Below are positions 41,175 through 50,975 of a DNA stretch of 64,000 bases, one piece after another (the first letter of the stretch is position 1; each line of letters begins with the position of its first letter). A program made the translations under genes and the position numbers. Below the pieces are notes generated by a model. It saw only the letters and a program-made list of their open reading frames with translations. It was not told where the DNA came from and did no database searches. The stretch is from Escherichia phage vB-Eco-KMB23, in the sequence record OR525702.1; one strand, 5' to 3'.

Positions 41175-41555
41175 TTAGGCCTTAAAAGTTTTTCGCAAAA
41201 GTTCAATGATTTCGTCTACATTGTTTTCATCTACAATGCAGTGAATTTTTGTTACGCCAGAAACCTTGTCTTTGACTTCATCTTCTTCAGAAGTCGGTTC
41301 TTTATACTCACGAAAACAATGAAATTCGTCTTCGCAAATTTCTAAAAGTCTATCTTTGAGGTAAAAATGCTTTCCATTTGCGCATTCAATGTGTTTTACT
41401 GCTTTATATCCGTTAGCGACGGAAACTTCTTTAACTTCAAACCATCCGCCATTATCTCGAATGGCTTTAACTATTGATGAATTAGAACGTGGGCTATAAT
41501 TAATAAATGTATCAATAAGTCTTGGAACAAGTTCATACTTTTTACCGATATACAT
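41175..41555 (-). CDS. hypothetical protein (126 aa)
   Basis: ATG with GAGGAAAA RBS; several Cys/His residues. Confidence 0.5.
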   Translation of the reverse strand: MYIGKKYELVPRLIDTFINYSPRSNSSIVKAIRDNGGWFEVKEVSVANGYKAVKHIECANGKHFYLKDRLLEICEDEFHCFREYKEPTSEEDEVKDKVSGVTKIHCIVDENNVDEIIELLRKTFKA

Positions 41556-41599
41556 TATGTTTTCCTCATTTTAACGGGGCTGTAATAGCCCCTTGATAA

Positions 41600-41827
41600 T
41601 TATTGTTCAATCAATCCCATGTAAAATTCTGCGTCTTCAGAATCCATACCATCACAATATTCATTAGCCATAAAGCGGGTGAGGTCTTCAAGAGGACCTT
41701 CAATAACGATTTGAATACTCCAAAACTTAGAATCTTGCACGCTTGTGATACTAAGTTCAGGATAACGATTACGAATAATTTCTTCGATATATTCAAAATC
41801 AACGATGTCAATATCAACTTTAGCCAT
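41600..41827 (-). CDS. hypothetical acidic protein (75 aa from ATG)
   Basis: ATG at 41827 with AAGAGGAAAA RBS, immediately downstream of an early promoter. Confidence 0.45.
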   Translation of the reverse strand: MAKVDIDIVDFEYIEEIIRNRYPELSITSVQDSKFWSIQIVIEGPLEDLTRFMANEYCDGMDSEDAEFYMGLIEQ

Positions 41828-41867
41828 ATTGTTTTCCTCTTTAATCATCAGCAGTATTGCCGATAGT

Positions 41868-41902
41868 TGTATAGTACCATGGAAGAACAAGGATGTAAAC
41901 AG
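41868..41902 (-). promoter_or_regulatory. early promoter (GTTTAC ... TGGTACTAT)
   Basis: - strand AAAAATTTTTCACAAAACTGTTTAC -35 region and TGGTACTATACAACTATC -10 region. Confidence 0.5.
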
Positions 41903-41910
41903 TTTTGTGA

Positions 41911-41949
41911 AAAATTTTTAAAATAAAAAAGGGGACCTCTAGGGTCCCC
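41911..41949 (-). terminator. intrinsic terminator after gene 32
   Basis: GGGGACC-CTCTAG-GGTCCCC hairpin followed on the - strand by TTTTTTATTTTAAAAATTTTT. Confidence 0.65.
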
Positions 41950-41971
41950 AATTAATTAGTAATATAATCTA

Positions 41972-42880
41972 TTAAAGGTCATTCAAAAGGTCATCCAGGT
42001 CCGTGTCATCAGCACTAGATGAACTGCCAGAGCTTGAGCTCATAAAATCATCTTCAGTTTTTGTATTGAAGTCATCAACATTGAATGCATCCAAATCATC
42101 AGCAACTTTATCAGCTTTCTTAGCAGCAGTTGCAGCGGCACCGCCCATCACAGCAGTTCCCATAACTTGACTGAATTTAGTGCTCAGTTCTTCAAACGAT
42201 TTGAATTTATCTTTAGAAGTCATTTCAGAAAGGTCAACCATTTGTTCGAACAGTTCTTTCTGGAAAGATTCATCATCAATGTTTGGAATCGCAGATTGAT
42301 TCAGGAATTTAGATTCGTCGTAGTTACTAAAACCAGAAACTTGTTTAACTTTCAGTACAAAGTTAGCACCTTCCCACGGACAAGTTACATCAACCGGAGT
42401 TTCACCCATTTCAACATCAACGGCAATCATTGCATTGATTTTATCCCAGATTTTCTTACCGAAACGGTATTTAAATACTTTACCTTCATTTTCTGGAGCA
42501 GCTGGGTCTTTTACTACAAGAATGTTAGCCCAGTAAGAAGTTTTACGTTTAACAAGACCGTACTCTTTATTGTCAGTGTTGTACAGATCATTTTTACTGA
42601 TGTACTGACATACTGGACAAGAATCGTAATCACCGTGGGTAGATGAGCAATTTTCGATATACCATTTACCGTTTTTCTTGAAACCGTGATTTACAAGAAT
42701 TGCGAATGGTGCTTGTTCATCATTTTTAGACGGAAGAAAACGAATTACTGCTTGACCGTTACCCGCATTGTCGAGTTTCAGTTTCCACTCGCCTTTATCT
42801 TCAGAAGAAAAACCACCTTTATTTCCAGCCAGTTTAGCCATTTGTGCAGCGAGTTCAGCAGTAGATTTACGTTTAAACAT
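41972..42880 (-). CDS. 32: single-stranded DNA-binding protein gp32 (302 aa)
   Basis: Matches T4 gp32 ([37 protein letters not shown]...); zinc ligands H..C..C..C; acidic Ser/Asp-rich C-terminus. Confidence 0.97.
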   Translation of the reverse strand: MFKRKSTAELAAQMAKLAGNKGGFSSEDKGEWKLKLDNAGNGQAVIRFLPSKNDEQAPFAILVNHGFKKNGKWYIENCSSTHGDYDSCPVCQYISKNDLYNTDNKEYGLVKRKTSYWANILVVKDPAAPENEGKVFKYRFGKKIWDKINAMIAVDVEMGETPVDVTCPWEGANFVLKVKQVSGFSNYDESKFLNQSAIPNIDDESFQKELFEQMVDLSEMTSKDKFKSFEELSTKFSQVMGTAVMGGAAATAAKKADKVADDLDAFNVDDFNTKTEDDFMSSSSGSSSSADDTDLDDLLNDL

Positions 42881-42950
42881 TTTTATTTCCTTTTTAATTT
42901 AATTAACAGTTGGTGCTATGACGATGTATGACCTCATAGCTGGTCAGTGA
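42881..42950 (-). promoter_or_regulatory. gene 32 translational operator (autoregulatory leader)
   Basis: Leader ...TGAGGTCATACATCGTCATAGCACCAACTGTTAATTAAATTAAAAAGGAAATAAAAATG: structured element then unstructured A/T-rich tract, as described for T4 gene 32. Confidence 0.6.
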
Positions 42951-42963
42951 GATAATTATAATC

Positions 42964-42971
42964 TATTTATA
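42964..42971 (-). promoter_or_regulatory. late promoter TATAAATA upstream of gene 32
   Basis: TATAAATA on the - strand in the 59/32 intergenic region. Confidence 0.45.
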
Positions 42972-42979
42972 ATAAGCAA

Positions 42980-43633
42980 TTAATACTTGCAAGATTTCAC
43001 AGTTTCAATAAAAACATTTTTAGCTTTCTGTGAATCAATATTTAAAATTTTTCTATAAGCCTTTAACTTTATAGAATAATTATTCCAGACTAAATTATCA
43101 GTCTGTTCATCATGTTTATCAATTATATTTAAAAACGAATCAAGCAAGATAAACGTTTCAAACGAAATTATATTCGACTGAAGCAGTTTAAAAATATAAC
43201 TTGATTGAACCTTTGGATTATATTCAAAGATTTCTTTAAAAGCAGAAACTTCAACTTTTTTACTAAAATAATAAATGTTGCGAATATCTTCTTCAAACTT
43301 AAATTTAATTTGCTTTAAGCGTCCGATATATTCACGATAAAACACAAGTGCATCAGCGTCAGAGATGTCACCAATCCAAGCATCTTGGTTAGCAACCAAA
43401 TTACTTATAAAAATTAAAGCAAGTTCCTTTAATTTATATTTTTCTGATAACTTCTGGAAAAAATACTTATCCCTTCGCTTTTGATAAGCGGCATCAGACA
43501 CCCGCATGCACCAATTATACTTAATTACATCATACTTTCCATTCATATGTTGTTTTATCATTAAGTATAATTTATAAACTGATTTACCATCAATGTATCT
43601 TTCACCACCAGCAGGCATGCGGAGTTTAATCAT
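42980..43633 (-). CDS. 59: helicase loader gp59 (217 aa)
   Basis: 217 aa as in T4; position between 32 and 33. Confidence 0.92.
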   Translation of the reverse strand: MIKLRMPAGGERYIDGKSVYKLYLMIKQHMNGKYDVIKYNWCMRVSDAAYQKRRDKYFFQKLSEKYKLKELALIFISNLVANQDAWIGDISDADALVFYREYIGRLKQIKFKFEEDIRNIYYFSKKVEVSAFKEIFEYNPKVQSSYIFKLLQSNIISFETFILLDSFLNIIDKHDEQTDNLVWNNYSIKLKAYRKILNIDSQKAKNVFIETVKSCKY

Positions 43634-43968
43634 AGTAGAAAATCTAATGTATTAGTTTTTTCACAACGAACAACAGAAGGACGTAAAAGATTTTCGTCGA
43701 TAGCTTCTGACTGAATTTTTTCAATTATACCCGAAGGAATAAATTTAGCAAATTGAGTTTCAGGAATAGAATTTTCTTCTAAGAACGCTGTTGTAGCTTC
43801 AAGATAACTCATTCCAAACTCTTCTACCATTTTTTCAATAATAAATCCATTTTCTTGGCGGTCAAGAAGCTTTGCTATTTCATCCTTTTCTTTCTTAATT
43901 GAAAGTTCTTTTTCTGAAAGACCGGTCTCATCGACCGGACGAATATCATTTAGAGAAAACTGTGTCAT
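43630..43968 (-). CDS. 33: late transcription co-activator gp33 (112 aa from ATG)
   Basis: ORF track begins at TTG 43977; ATG at 43968 gives MTQFSLNDIRPVDETGLSEKELSIKKEKDEIAKLLD... and the T4 length. Confidence 0.85.
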   Translation of the reverse strand: MTQFSLNDIRPVDETGLSEKELSIKKEKDEIAKLLDRQENGFIIEKMVEEFGMSYLEATTAFLEENSIPETQFAKFIPSGIIEKIQSEAIDENLLRPSVVRCEKTNTLDFLL

Positions 43969-44215
43969 AAAGTTCAACTACCTCTTCAGTTTCAGCTTCA
44001 AACACATCACGGTTATCTTTATGATACAAAGCTAATAGACGATTAAACATCTTACCATCAACGCCAAGTTCATCTTTAGCACGAATTCGAATATCTTTAA
44101 TCAGTTCATTATAACCGGAAATTTTCAGTTTATGATCAGATGCTTCTTTAATAAATTTAGCCAAGTCTTCGCCATGGATAGCTTCATCAAATTCAACCAT
44201 TTCTTTTTTAGCCAT
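43946..44215 (-). CDS. dsbA: DsbA double-stranded DNA-binding protein (89 aa)
   Basis: 89 aa as in T4; overlaps the gene 33 start. Confidence 0.85.
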   Translation of the reverse strand: MAKKEMVEFDEAIHGEDLAKFIKEASDHKLKISGYNELIKDIRIRAKDELGVDGKMFNRLLALYHKDNRDVFEAETEEVVELYDTVFSK

Positions 44216-44223
44216 TATTCACC

Positions 44224-45141
44224 TCAAAATTCATTAATGCTATTAGTTAATTTAGAAAGACCCGCTTTTACAAAATATGAATAAATTTTGCCACGCGGTG
44301 GTAATTTATATGAATTATAGTAATTCACAATGTTTGAAGCAATATTATCAGGAATATAATCAAAATCAATTAGAACTAAATTTTCTTTATAACGATTATA
44401 TTCAGATTCTGTGAGAAGCACCTTAGCTTGCTCACGGTCATTAGCAATAGCTTCAACGATTGAAGTTTTCATTGAAGGAGTTCGTTCACCTTCAACTTTG
44501 GTAAACCAAAAGTCAGATCGTACTTTAACTGAAGCAACGTTATCCTTTTTGTCACCTTTAAGGATTTTAGTCATACAGTCAATTTCAGCAGAACCGCTTT
44601 TAATTTTAACCCATTTCTTGTGCATCGGTGACCATTGCTTAACATTTGGGTATTTGTGAAGTTGAGTAAAGTCACCATCCGACGAAATTATTAAAATCTT
44701 GTGTCCTTCTAAAGAGAACTTTTTAACAAGAACAGCAATATGGTCATCTGCTTCATACTTATCAATATCCATAACAATGTATGGCATATAAGCTTTCAAT
44801 TCATCTATAACTTTATGACTGGATTCAAAATAACCTTCCCAGTCCCAAGTAGATTCTTCTCGTGCTTTTCCACGGTTTTTCTTATAATAATAAGCGAAAT
44901 CACGACGCCAATATCCAGATTTCGCGTTATCAATACACAATACAATTTTAGTGTATCCAAGAGCTTTTGCTTTTTTGACATTAAACTTAATTGAGTTCAA
45001 TATCAAATGACGAACCATTGATAAATTAATTTTTTCTTTATCTGGGAAGTTTACTAAAGCAGTTGAAAGCGCAATTTGACTAAAGTCAATAAAGCAAATT
45101 CCTTCTTTGTAATCTTCATCCAACATCATTTCTAAATCCAT
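44224..45141 (-). CDS. rnh: RNase H / 5'-3' exonuclease (305 aa from ATG)
   Basis: ORF track begins at TTG 45156; ATG at 45141 gives MDLEMMLDEDYKEGICFIDFSQIALSTALV..., FEN-family, T4 length. Confidence 0.93.
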   Translation of the reverse strand: MDLEMMLDEDYKEGICFIDFSQIALSTALVNFPDKEKINLSMVRHLILNSIKFNVKKAKALGYTKIVLCIDNAKSGYWRRDFAYYYKKNRGKAREESTWDWEGYFESSHKVIDELKAYMPYIVMDIDKYEADDHIAVLVKKFSLEGHKILIISSDGDFTQLHKYPNVKQWSPMHKKWVKIKSGSAEIDCMTKILKGDKKDNVASVKVRSDFWFTKVEGERTPSMKTSIVEAIANDREQAKVLLTESEYNRYKENLVLIDFDYIPDNIASNIVNYYNSYKLPPRGKIYSYFVKAGLSKLTNSINEF

Positions 45142-45203
45142 ATGAACCTCGTTCAATTAGTGAGATTTCTATTATATACCATCCAAATCTTAAAGTAAAC
45201 AAG

Positions 45204-45211
45204 TATAAATA
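45204..45211 (+). promoter_or_regulatory. late promoter TATAAATA for gene 34
   Basis: TATAAATA about 35 bp upstream of the gene 34 ATG. Confidence 0.6.
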
Positions 45212-45245
45212 CTTATTATTGAAAACACAATAGGAGCCCGGGAGA

Positions 45246-48200
45246 ATGGCCGAGATTAAAAGAAAGTTCAGAGCAGAAGACGGTCTGGACGCAGGTGGCG
45301 ATAAAATAATCAACGTAGCTTTAGCTGATCGTACCGTAGGAACTGACGGTGTTAACGTTGATTACTTAATTCAAGAAAACACAGTTCAACAATATGATCC
45401 AACTCGTGGATATTTAAAAGATTTTGTAATCATTTATGATAACCGCTTTTGGGCTGCTATAAATGATATTCCAAAACCGGCAGGAGCTTTTAATAGCGGG
45501 CGCTGGAGAGCATTACGTACAGACGCAAACTGGATTATGGTTTCATCTGGTTCATATCAATTAAAATCCGGTGAAGCTATTTCGGTTAATACTGCAACTG
45601 GAAATGACATCACGTTTACTTTACCATCTTCTCCAATTGATGGAGATACTATCGTTCTCCAAGATATTGGAGGAAAACCTGGAGTTAACCAAGTTTTAAT
45701 TGTAGCTCCAGTACAAAGTATTGTAAACTTTAGAGGTGAACAAGTACGTTCAGTACTAATGACTCATCCAAAGTCACAGCTAGTTTTAATTTTTAGTAAT
45801 CGTCTGTGGCAAATGTATGTTGCTGATTATAGTAGAGAAGCTATAGTTGTAACACCAGCGAATACTTATCAAGCGCAATCCAACGATTTTATCGTGCGTA
45901 GATTTACTTCTGCCGCACCGATAAATATTAAACTTCCAAGATTTGCTAATCATGGAGATATTATTAATTTCGTCGATTTAGATAAACTAAATCCACTTTA
46001 TCATACAATTGTTACTACATACGATGAAACGACTTCAGTACAAGAAGTTGGAACTCATTCCATTGAAGGCCGTACATCGATTGACGGTTTCTTGATGTTT
46101 GATGATAATGAGAAATTGTGGAGACTGTTTGACGGGGATAGTAAAGCACGTTTACGCATTATAACGACTAATTCTAATATTCGTCCAAACGAAGAAGTTA
46201 TGGTATTTGGTGCGAATAACGGAACAACCCAAACAATTGAGCTTCAGCTTCCTACTGATATTTCTGTTGGTGATACTGTTAAAATTTCCATGAATTACAT
46301 GAGAAAAGGACAAACAGTTAAAATCAAAGCTGCCGGTGAAGATAAAATTGCTTCTTCAGTTCAATTGCTGCAATTCCCAAAACGCTCAGAATATCCGCCT
46401 GAAGCTGAATGGGTTACAGTCCAAGAATTAGTTTTTAATGGTGAAACTAATTATGTTCCAGTTTTACAGCTCGCTTATATTGAAGATTCTGATGGAAAAT
46501 ACTGGGTTGTACAGCAAAATGTTCCAACTGTAGAAAGAGTAGATTCTTTAAATGATTCTACTAGAGCAAGATTAGGCGTAATTGCTTTAGCTACACAAGC
46601 TCAAGCTAATGTCGATTTAGAAAATTCTCCACAAAAAGAATTAGCAATTACTCCAGAAACGTTAGCTAATCGTACTGCTACAGAAACTCGCAGAGGTATT
46701 GCAAGAATAGCAACTACCGCTCAAGTAAATCAGAACACCACATTCTCTTTTGCAGATGACCTTATCATTACTCCTAAAAAGCTGAATGAAAGAACTGCTA
46801 CAGAAACTCGTAGAGGTGTTGCTGAAATTGCTACGCAGCAAGAAACTAATACAGGTACTGATGATACTACAATCATCACTCCTAAAAAGCTTCAAGCTCG
46901 CCAAGGTTCTGAATCATTATCTGGTATTGTAACTTTTGTATCTACTGCAGGTGCTACTCCAGCTTCTAGTCGTGAATTAAATGGTACGAATGTTTATAAT
47001 AAAAACACTAATAATTTAGTTGTTTCACCTAAAGCTTTGGATCAGTATAAAGCTACTCCAACACAGCAAGGTGCAGTAATTTTAGCAGTTGAAAGTGAAG
47101 TAATTGCTGGACAAAGTCAGGAAGGATGGGCAAATGCTGTTGTAACGCCAGAAACGTTACATAAAAAGACATCAACTGATGGAAGAATTGGTTTAATTGA
47201 AATTGCTACACAAAGTGAAGTTAATACAGGAACTGATTATACTCGTGCAGTCACTCCTAAAACTTTAAATGACCGTAGAGCAACTGAAAGTTTAAGTGGT
47301 ATAGCTGAAATTGCTACACAAGTTGAATTCGACGCAGGCGTCGACGATACTCGTATCTCTACACCATTAAAAATTAAAACCAGATTTAATAGTACTGATC
47401 GTACTTCTGTTGTTGCTCTATCTGGATTAGTTGAATCAGGAACTCTCTGGGACCATTATACCCTTAATATTCTTGAAGCAAATGAGACACAGCGTGGTAC
47501 ACTTCGTGTAGCTACACAAGTTGAAGCTGCTGCAGGAACATTAGATAATGTTTTAATAACTCCTAAAAAGCTTTTAGGTACTAAATCTACCGAATCACAA
47601 GAAGGTGTTATTAAAGTTGCAACTCAGTCTGAAACTGTGACTGGAACGTCAGCAAATACTGCTGTATCTCCAAAAAATTTAAAATGGATTGTGCAGAGTG
47701 AACCTACCTGGGCAGCTACTACTGCGATAAGAGGTTTTGTTAAAACTTCATCTGGTTCAATTACATTCGTTGGTAATGATACAGTCGGTTCTACCCAAGA
47801 TTTAGAACTGTATGAGAAAAATAGCTATGCGGTATCACCATATGAATTAAACCGTGTATTAGCAAATTATTTGCCGTTAAAAGCAAAAGCTGCTGATACA
47901 AATTTATTGGATGGTCTAGATTCATCTCAGTTCATTCGTAGGGATATTGCACAGACGGTTAATGGTTCACTAACCTTAACTCAACAAACGAATCTGAGTG
48001 CCCCTCTTGTATCATCTAGTACTGCTACGTTTGGCGGATCAGTTTCGGCAAACAGCACATTAACTATTTCTAATACTGGAACGGCAACTCGTCTGATTTT
48101 TGAGAAAGGACCTCAAACTGGAACTAACCCAGTACAGACGATGACTATCAGAGTTTGGGGAAATCAGTTTGGTGGCGGTTCAGATACAACACGTTCTACT

Positions 48201-49115
48201 GTATTTGAAGTTGGTGATGAAACGTCTAATCACTTTTATTCTCAACGCAATAAAGCTGGGAATATAACGTTTAGTATCAATGGTACTGTAATGCCAATAA
48301 ATGTTAATGCTTCGGGTTCTTTGAATGCGAACGGCGTTGCAACATTTGGTAGTTCAGTTACAGCCAATGGCGAATTCATCAGCAAGTCTGCAAATGCTTT
48401 CAGAGCAATAAATGGCGACTATGGATTCTTTATTCGCAATGATGCTGCTAACACCTATTTTATGCTTACTGCATCGGGTGATCAGACTGGCGGATTTAAT
48501 GGATTACGTCCTTTAGCTATTAATAATGCATCTGGTCAAGTAACTATTGGTGAAAGCTTAATCATTGCCAAAGGTGCTACTATAAATTCAGGTGGTTTAA
48601 CTGTTAACTCGAGAATTCGTTCTCAGGGCACTAAAACCTCTGACTTATATACCCGTGCGCCAACATCTGATACCGTAGGATTCTGGTCAATTGATATTAA
48701 TGATTCAGCTACTTATAACCAGTTCCCAGGTTATTTTAAAATGGTTGAAAAAACTAATGAAGTGACTGGGCTTCCGTACCTAGAACGTGGCGAAGAAGTT
48801 AAATCTCCTGGTACACTGACACAGTTTGGTAACACACTTGATTCGCTTTACCAAGATTGGATTACTTATCCAACGACACCAGAAGCGCGTACCACTCGCT
48901 GGACACGTACATGGCAGAAAACCAAAAACTCTTGGTCAAGTTTTGTTCAGGTATTTGACGGAGGTAACCCTCCTCAACCATCTGATATCGGTGCTTTACC
49001 ATCTGATAATGCTACAATGGGGAATCTTACTATTCGTGATTTCTTACGAATTGGTAATGTTCGCATTATTCCTGACCCAGTGAATAAAACTGTTAAATTT
49101 GAATGGGTTGAATAA
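45246..49115 (+). CDS. 34: long tail fibre proximal subunit gp34 (1289 aa)
   Basis: 1289 aa as in T4; repetitive beta-rich fibre sequence. Confidence 0.96.
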   Translation: MAEIKRKFRAEDGLDAGGDKIINVALADRTVGTDGVNVDYLIQENTVQQYDPTRGYLKDFVIIYDNRFWAAINDIPKPAGAFNSGRWRALRTDANWIMVSSGSYQLKSGEAISVNTATGNDITFTLPSSPIDGDTIVLQDIGGKPGVNQVLIVAPVQSIVNFRGEQVRSVLMTHPKSQLVLIFSNRLWQMYVADYSREAIVVTPANTYQAQSNDFIVRRFTSAAPINIKLPRFANHGDIINFVDLDKLNPLYHTIVTTYDETTSVQEVGTHSIEGRTSIDGFLMFDDNEKLWRLFDGDSKARLRIITTNSNIRPNEEVMVFGANNGTTQTIELQLPTDISVGDTVKISMNYMRKGQTVKIKAAGEDKIASSVQLLQFPKRSEYPPEAEWVTVQELVFNGETNYVPVLQLAYIEDSDGKYWVVQQNVPTVERVDSLNDSTRARLGVIALATQAQANVDLENSPQKELAITPETLANRTATETRRGIARIATTAQVNQNTTFSFADDLIITPKKLNERTATETRRGVAEIATQQETNTGTDDTTIITPKKLQARQGSESLSGIVTFVSTAGATPASSRELNGTNVYNKNTNNLVVSPKALDQYKATPTQQGAVILAVESEVIAGQSQEGWANAVVTPETLHKKTSTDGRIGLIEIATQSEVNTGTDYTRAVTPKTLNDRRATESLSGIAEIATQVEFDAGVDDTRISTPLKIKTRFNSTDRTSVVALSGLVESGTLWDHYTLNILEANETQRGTLRVATQVEAAAGTLDNVLITPKKLLGTKSTESQEGVIKVATQSETVTGTSANTAVSPKNLKWIVQSEPTWAATTAIRGFVKTSSGSITFVGNDTVGSTQDLELYEKNSYAVSPYELNRVLANYLPLKAKAADTNLLDGLDSSQFIRRDIAQTVNGSLTLTQQTNLSAPLVSSSTATFGGSVSANSTLTISNTGTATRLIFEKGPQTGTNPVQTMTIRVWGNQFGGGSDTTRSTVFEVGDETSNHFYSQRNKAGNITFSINGTVMPINVNASGSLNANGVATFGSSVTANGEFISKSANAFRAINGDYGFFIRNDAANTYFMLTASGDQTGGFNGLRPLAINNASGQVTIGESLIIAKGATINSGGLTVNSRIRSQGTKTSDLYTRAPTSDTVGFWSIDINDSATYNQFPGYFKMVEKTNEVTGLPYLERGEEVKSPGTLTQFGNTLDSLYQDWITYPTTPEARTTRWTRTWQKTKNSWSSFVQVFDGGNPPQPSDIGALPSDNATMGNLTIRDFLRIGNVRIIPDPVNKTVKFEWVE

Positions 49116-49123
49116 GAGGTATT

Positions 49124-50239
49124 ATGGAAAAATTTATGGCAGAGTTTGGACAAGGATATGTCCAAACGCCATTTTTATCGGAAAGCAATTCAGTAAGATA
49201 TAAAATAAGCATAGCGGGTTCTTGCCCGCTTTCTACAGCAGGACCATACGTTAAATTTCAGGATAATCCTGTAGGAAGTCAAACATTTAGCGCAGGCCTT
49301 CATTTAAGAGTTTTTGACCCTTCCACCGGAGCATTAGTTGATAGTAAATCATATGCTTTTTCGACTTCAAATGATACTACATCAGCTGCCTTTGTTAGTT
49401 TCATGAATTCTTTGACGAATAATCGAATTGTTGCTATATTAACTAACGGAAAGGTTAATTTTCCTCCTGAAGTAGTATCTTGGTTAAGAACAGCAGGAAC
49501 GTCTGCTTTTCCATCTGACTCTGTATTGTCAAGATTCGACGTATCATATGCTGCTTTTTATACTTCTTCTAAAAGAGCTATTGCATTAGAGCATGTTAAA
49601 CTGAGTAATAGAAAAAGCACAGATGATTATCAAACTATTTTAGATGTTGTATTTGACAGTTTAGAAGACGTCGGAGCTACCGGGTTTCCAAGAAGAACGT
49701 ATGAAAGCGTTGAGCAATTTATGTCAGCGGTTGGTGGAACTAATAACGAAATTGCCCGTCTACCTACAGCATCTGCAATAAGTAAATTATCTGATTATAA
49801 TTTAATTCCTGGCGATGTTCTTTATCTTAAAGCTCAGTTATATGCTGATGCCGATTTACTTGCTCTTGGAACTACAAATATATCTATCCGTTTTTATAAT
49901 GCATCAAATGGATATATTTCCTCGACACAAGCTGAATTTACCGGACAAGCTGGGTCATGGGAATTAAAGGAAGATTATGTAGTTGTTCCAGAAAACGCTG
50001 TAGGATTTACGATATATGCACAAAGAACTGCTAAAGCTGGCCAAGGTGGCATGAGAAATTTAAGCTTTTCTGAAGTATCAAGAAACGGCGGTATTTCAAA
50101 ACCTGCTGAATTTGGCGTCAACGGTATTCGTGTTAATTATATCTGTGAATCCGCTTCACCTCCGGATATAATGGTACTTCCTACGCAAGCATCGTCTAAA
50201 ACTGGTAAAGTGTTTGGGCAAGAATTTAGAGAAGTATAA
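49124..50239 (+). CDS. 35: long tail fibre hinge protein gp35 (371 aa)
   Basis: 371 aa; T4 position. Confidence 0.93.
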   Translation: MEKFMAEFGQGYVQTPFLSESNSVRYKISIAGSCPLSTAGPYVKFQDNPVGSQTFSAGLHLRVFDPSTGALVDSKSYAFSTSNDTTSAAFVSFMNSLTNNRIVAILTNGKVNFPPEVVSWLRTAGTSAFPSDSVLSRFDVSYAAFYTSSKRAIALEHVKLSNRKSTDDYQTILDVVFDSLEDVGATGFPRRTYESVEQFMSAVGGTNNEIARLPTASAISKLSDYNLIPGDVLYLKAQLYADADLLALGTTNISIRFYNASNGYISSTQAEFTGQAGSWELKEDYVVVPENAVGFTIYAQRTAKAGQGGMRNLSFSEVSRNGGISKPAEFGVNGIRVNYICESASPPDIMVLPTQASSKTGKVFGQEFREV

Positions 50240-50244
50240 ATTGA

Positions 50245-50270
50245 GGGAGCCTTCGGGTTCCCTTTTTCTT
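50245..50270 (+). terminator. intrinsic terminator after gene 35
   Basis: GGGAGCC-TTCG-GGTTCCC hairpin followed by TTTTTCTT. Confidence 0.65.
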
Positions 50271-50278
50271 TATAAATA
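50271..50278 (+). promoter_or_regulatory. late promoter TATAAATA for gene 36
   Basis: TATAAATA about 24 bp upstream of the gene 36 ATG, immediately after the terminator. Confidence 0.6.
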
Positions 50279-50301
50279 CTATTAAAATAAAGGGGCATAC
50301 A

Positions 50302-50967
50302 ATGGCTGATTTAAAAGTAGGTTCAACAACTGGAGGCTCTGTCATTTGGCATCAAGGAAATTTTCCATTGAATCCGGCCGGTGACGATGTACTCTATAAA
50401 TCATTTAAAATATATTCAGAATATAACAAACCACAAGCTGCAGATAACGATTTCGTTTCTAAAGCTAATGGTGGTACTTATGCATCAAAGGTAACATTTA
50501 ACGGCGGCGTCCAAGTCCCGTATGCTGTAAACAACACAAACCCATGCGGTATTTATCCAGGTAACGGTGATAATGCTACTTTTGCTGTAGCAAATATTGA
50601 TATTGTTTCGTGGAATGGTATTGGTTTTAAATCATCGCAGGGTTCAGCAGCCCGAACTGTTGTAATTAATGCACGTAATGGTGATATTAGCACAAAAGGT
50701 GTTGTGTCTGCGGCAGGTCAAGTAAGAAGTGATGCAGCTGCTCCTATAGCAGCGAATGACCTTACTAGAAAGGACTATGTTGATGGAGCAATAAATACTG
50801 TTACAGCAAATGCGAACTCTAGAGTGTTGCGTTCTGGCGACACTATGATAGGTAATTTAACCGCGCCAAACTTTTTCTCACAGAATCCTGCGTCTCAACC
50901 TTCTCACGTTCCGCGATTTGATCAAATCGTAATTAAGGATTCTGTTCAAGATTTCGGCTATTATTAA
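50302..50967 (+). CDS. 36: long tail fibre distal connector gp36 (221 aa)
   Basis: 221 aa as in T4. Confidence 0.93.
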   Translation: MADLKVGSTTGGSVIWHQGNFPLNPAGDDVLYKSFKIYSEYNKPQAADNDFVSKANGGTYASKVTFNGGVQVPYAVNNTNPCGIYPGNGDNATFAVANIDIVSWNGIGFKSSQGSAARTVVINARNGDISTKGVVSAAGQVRSDAAAPIAANDLTRKDYVDGAINTVTANANSRVLRSGDTMIGNLTAPNFFSQNPASQPSHVPRFDQIVIKDSVQDFGYY

Positions 50968-50975
50968 GAGGACTT

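Noticed and set aside
41097-42931. Alternative-frame ORFs in the frd-32 region and inside gene 32 (41097..41345, 41603..41866, 41611..41817, 42167..42646, 42686..42931)
   Set aside because: Overlap better-supported - strand ORFs with RBS and promoter context, or lie within gp32.
44411-49165. Shadow ORFs within rnh and gene 34 (44411..44659, 44740..44994, 45116..45313, 46662..46904, 48826..49083, 48974..49165)
   Set aside because: Embedded in long, confidently assigned genes.
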